NCBI GenBank assembly: GCA_043228905.1
Contig: JBHGNT010000003.1
Span: 12,462,001-12,526,000, forward strand
Length of the DNA: 64,000 nucleotides
DNA from: Azolla caroliniana
Taxonomy: Eukaryota > Plantae > Polypodiophyta
Direction: 5' to 3'
Shown here: positions 62,561 to 64,000 of the stretch, one piece after another
Position numbering within the stretch: position 1 is the stretch's first letter
How the letters are laid out: every line of letters begins with the position of its first letter
Position numbers and translations under genes: made by a program
Notes under the pieces: model-generated
The model's input: only the letters and a program-made list of their open reading frames with translations
The model's database searches: none
Told to the model about the DNA's origin: nothing

Positions 62561-62600
62561 GTGGGTTCGCCGGACAACGTCCTGGCCCACAGGCATGCCA
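62561..62600 (+). other. tRNA 3'-half-like structure ending in CCA, 2 nt before the 3' LTR of B
   Basis: GTGGG TTCG [CCGGAC-AAC-GTCCTGG] CCCAC AGGCATG CCA AG | TG. Confidence 0.68.
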
Positions 62601-63070
62601 AGTGTTACCCGGACAAGTATGGATGCGTCAGAGTCGTAAGGAAGTTCGGAGTCGGAGTTGGAGTCAGATCGATGACTTAGCAGATATCCGAATAGGACAT
62701 AGTTAGTTACGAAGTTTTGTAATTCTTGATAATTAATTATAGGAAGTAGGGTTTCTTGATGAGAAAAGACATTCGGGTTACCTTCGGGTTACCTATAAAA
62801 GGAACCGAAGGCATTGTAAAAATCTATCGTTGTATTTAGTAGTATCAAGTTTAGTTAGGAAACCGCCATGTATGAATCGCTCTTGCCATCTATTTCCTTC
62901 TGTCTAAGCTATATTACGTAAGTCACGATCTCGTGTCTGTTATCACTGATAAGTTTACAAATAATTCGTATCTATTCATCCAACCACAACTTCTTGATAG
63001 AACGTTCGATACGAACGTTCATCTTATACTGTGTCGGCAAAGTAGTAATTGTCGACCGAACAACACATAT

Positions 63071-64000
63071 ACCTTCTAGGCAAGGTTGAATACACAAGGT
63101 TGCCTATTATGGTCGGCATAAAAACGTGCTCTATCTTGAGTTGTTTTTATATTATCTCGTGCAATATTCAACATATCTTGCATATTTGGAAGAAAGTTTT
63201 GCGTACTTTGCAACTCATCATGATGTATATTAACATCAATCAGGGCTCTTGGATGAAAACCATACATCAACATAAAAGGACTATATACCGTTGACGTATG
63301 CTTGGAGGTGTTATAAGCAAACTCCAAACTTGGGAGATAACGTTCCCATTTTGTTGGTTTTGCACTAATGTATGCTCGAAACATGTCCTCAATAATTTAA
63401 TTTACTGGTTTTGTCTGTCCATCGGATTGAGGACGATCCGTGGAGCTTATGCTCAACGTAGTTTCTAACTTCTTAAAGACTTGCGTCCAGAAGTCACTAG
63501 TAAACTTTGGATCTCATTCACCCATGATATCCATCGGTAACCCATAAAAATGAAATAAATCTTCAAAGACTTGGTAAGCCAATTCAAGAGCTGTTACTAT
63601 AGTTTTAGTAGGAATAAATCTGGCCATTTTAGTTAGTCTATCAACCACAACCCATACGACATCATGGCCATTTTGGGTACAAGGAAGGCTGACAATAAAA
63701 TCCATGGATACACTTTCCCACTTATTATTGGGAATATCCAAGGGATATAAAAGTCTTGCAGCCTTATGTCACATAGCTTTGAGTGCAGATGAGAACAAGT
63801 GTACGATGTATTCCAGGGTGCCCTAATGAGGGTGCATCATGGCATTAAAAATGAATTCTCTTTTTGACCTCAGCAAAATCTGGAACACAAACCTTCCCAT
63901 GAGGGTAGAGCACACCGTTAGCAATGTGGAAGGATTCCTTCGAGGATGTGGTGGTGTTTGTTCCAGACTCAACTCTTGCCTAGTATTTTGCGAAAGAAAT
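63071..64000 (-). pseudogene. pol: A1 integrase core (upstream continuation of 2087-2472)
   Basis: WESVSMDFIV, VVVDRLTKMARF, LEFAYN; colinear with 15840-16810 of A2. Confidence 0.92.

Larger units (their letters stand above)
2578..63065 (+). mobile_element. Non-chromoviral gypsy element B (outer shell of the nest)
   Basis: 5' LTR 2578-3017 plus 6153-6161; 3' LTR 62603-63065; TSD CATAT at 2573-2577 and 63066-63070; gag-pol 6217-9670 plus 57826-59620; extra 3' ORF. Confidence 0.85.

Overview
Eukaryotic (plant) heterochromatin-like DNA with no intact host gene. It is a deep nest of decayed Ty3/gypsy and Ty1/copia LTR retrotransposons, plus one small TIR element, a probable DNA-transposase remnant and a ~1.6 kb organelle-derived insert (unedited mitochondrial nad9, plastid-type trnS-GGA, a psbD scrap). 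The editing-type codons suggest a fern, hornwort or lycophyte host (inference). Target-site duplications (TSDs) allow most of the nest to be rebuilt. A chromodomain gypsy element (family A, minus strand) is split between ~2470 and ~63070 by one non-chromoviral gypsy element (family B, 2578-63065, TSD CATAT). B's pol is itself split at 9670/57826 by a ~48 kb block that looks circularly permuted. The most notable signal is in two diverged gypsy families (B and C) that share an extra 3' coiled-coil ORF. Neither has a polypurine tract abutting the 3' LTR. Both instead carry a tRNA-3'-half mimic (T-stem, hairpin inserted in the T-loop, acceptor strand, encoded CCA) ending exactly 2 nt before the LTR and complementary to B's primer-binding site. 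This is a candidate undescribed priming or replication mechanism. Family letters are my own labels; all alignments were done by eye.
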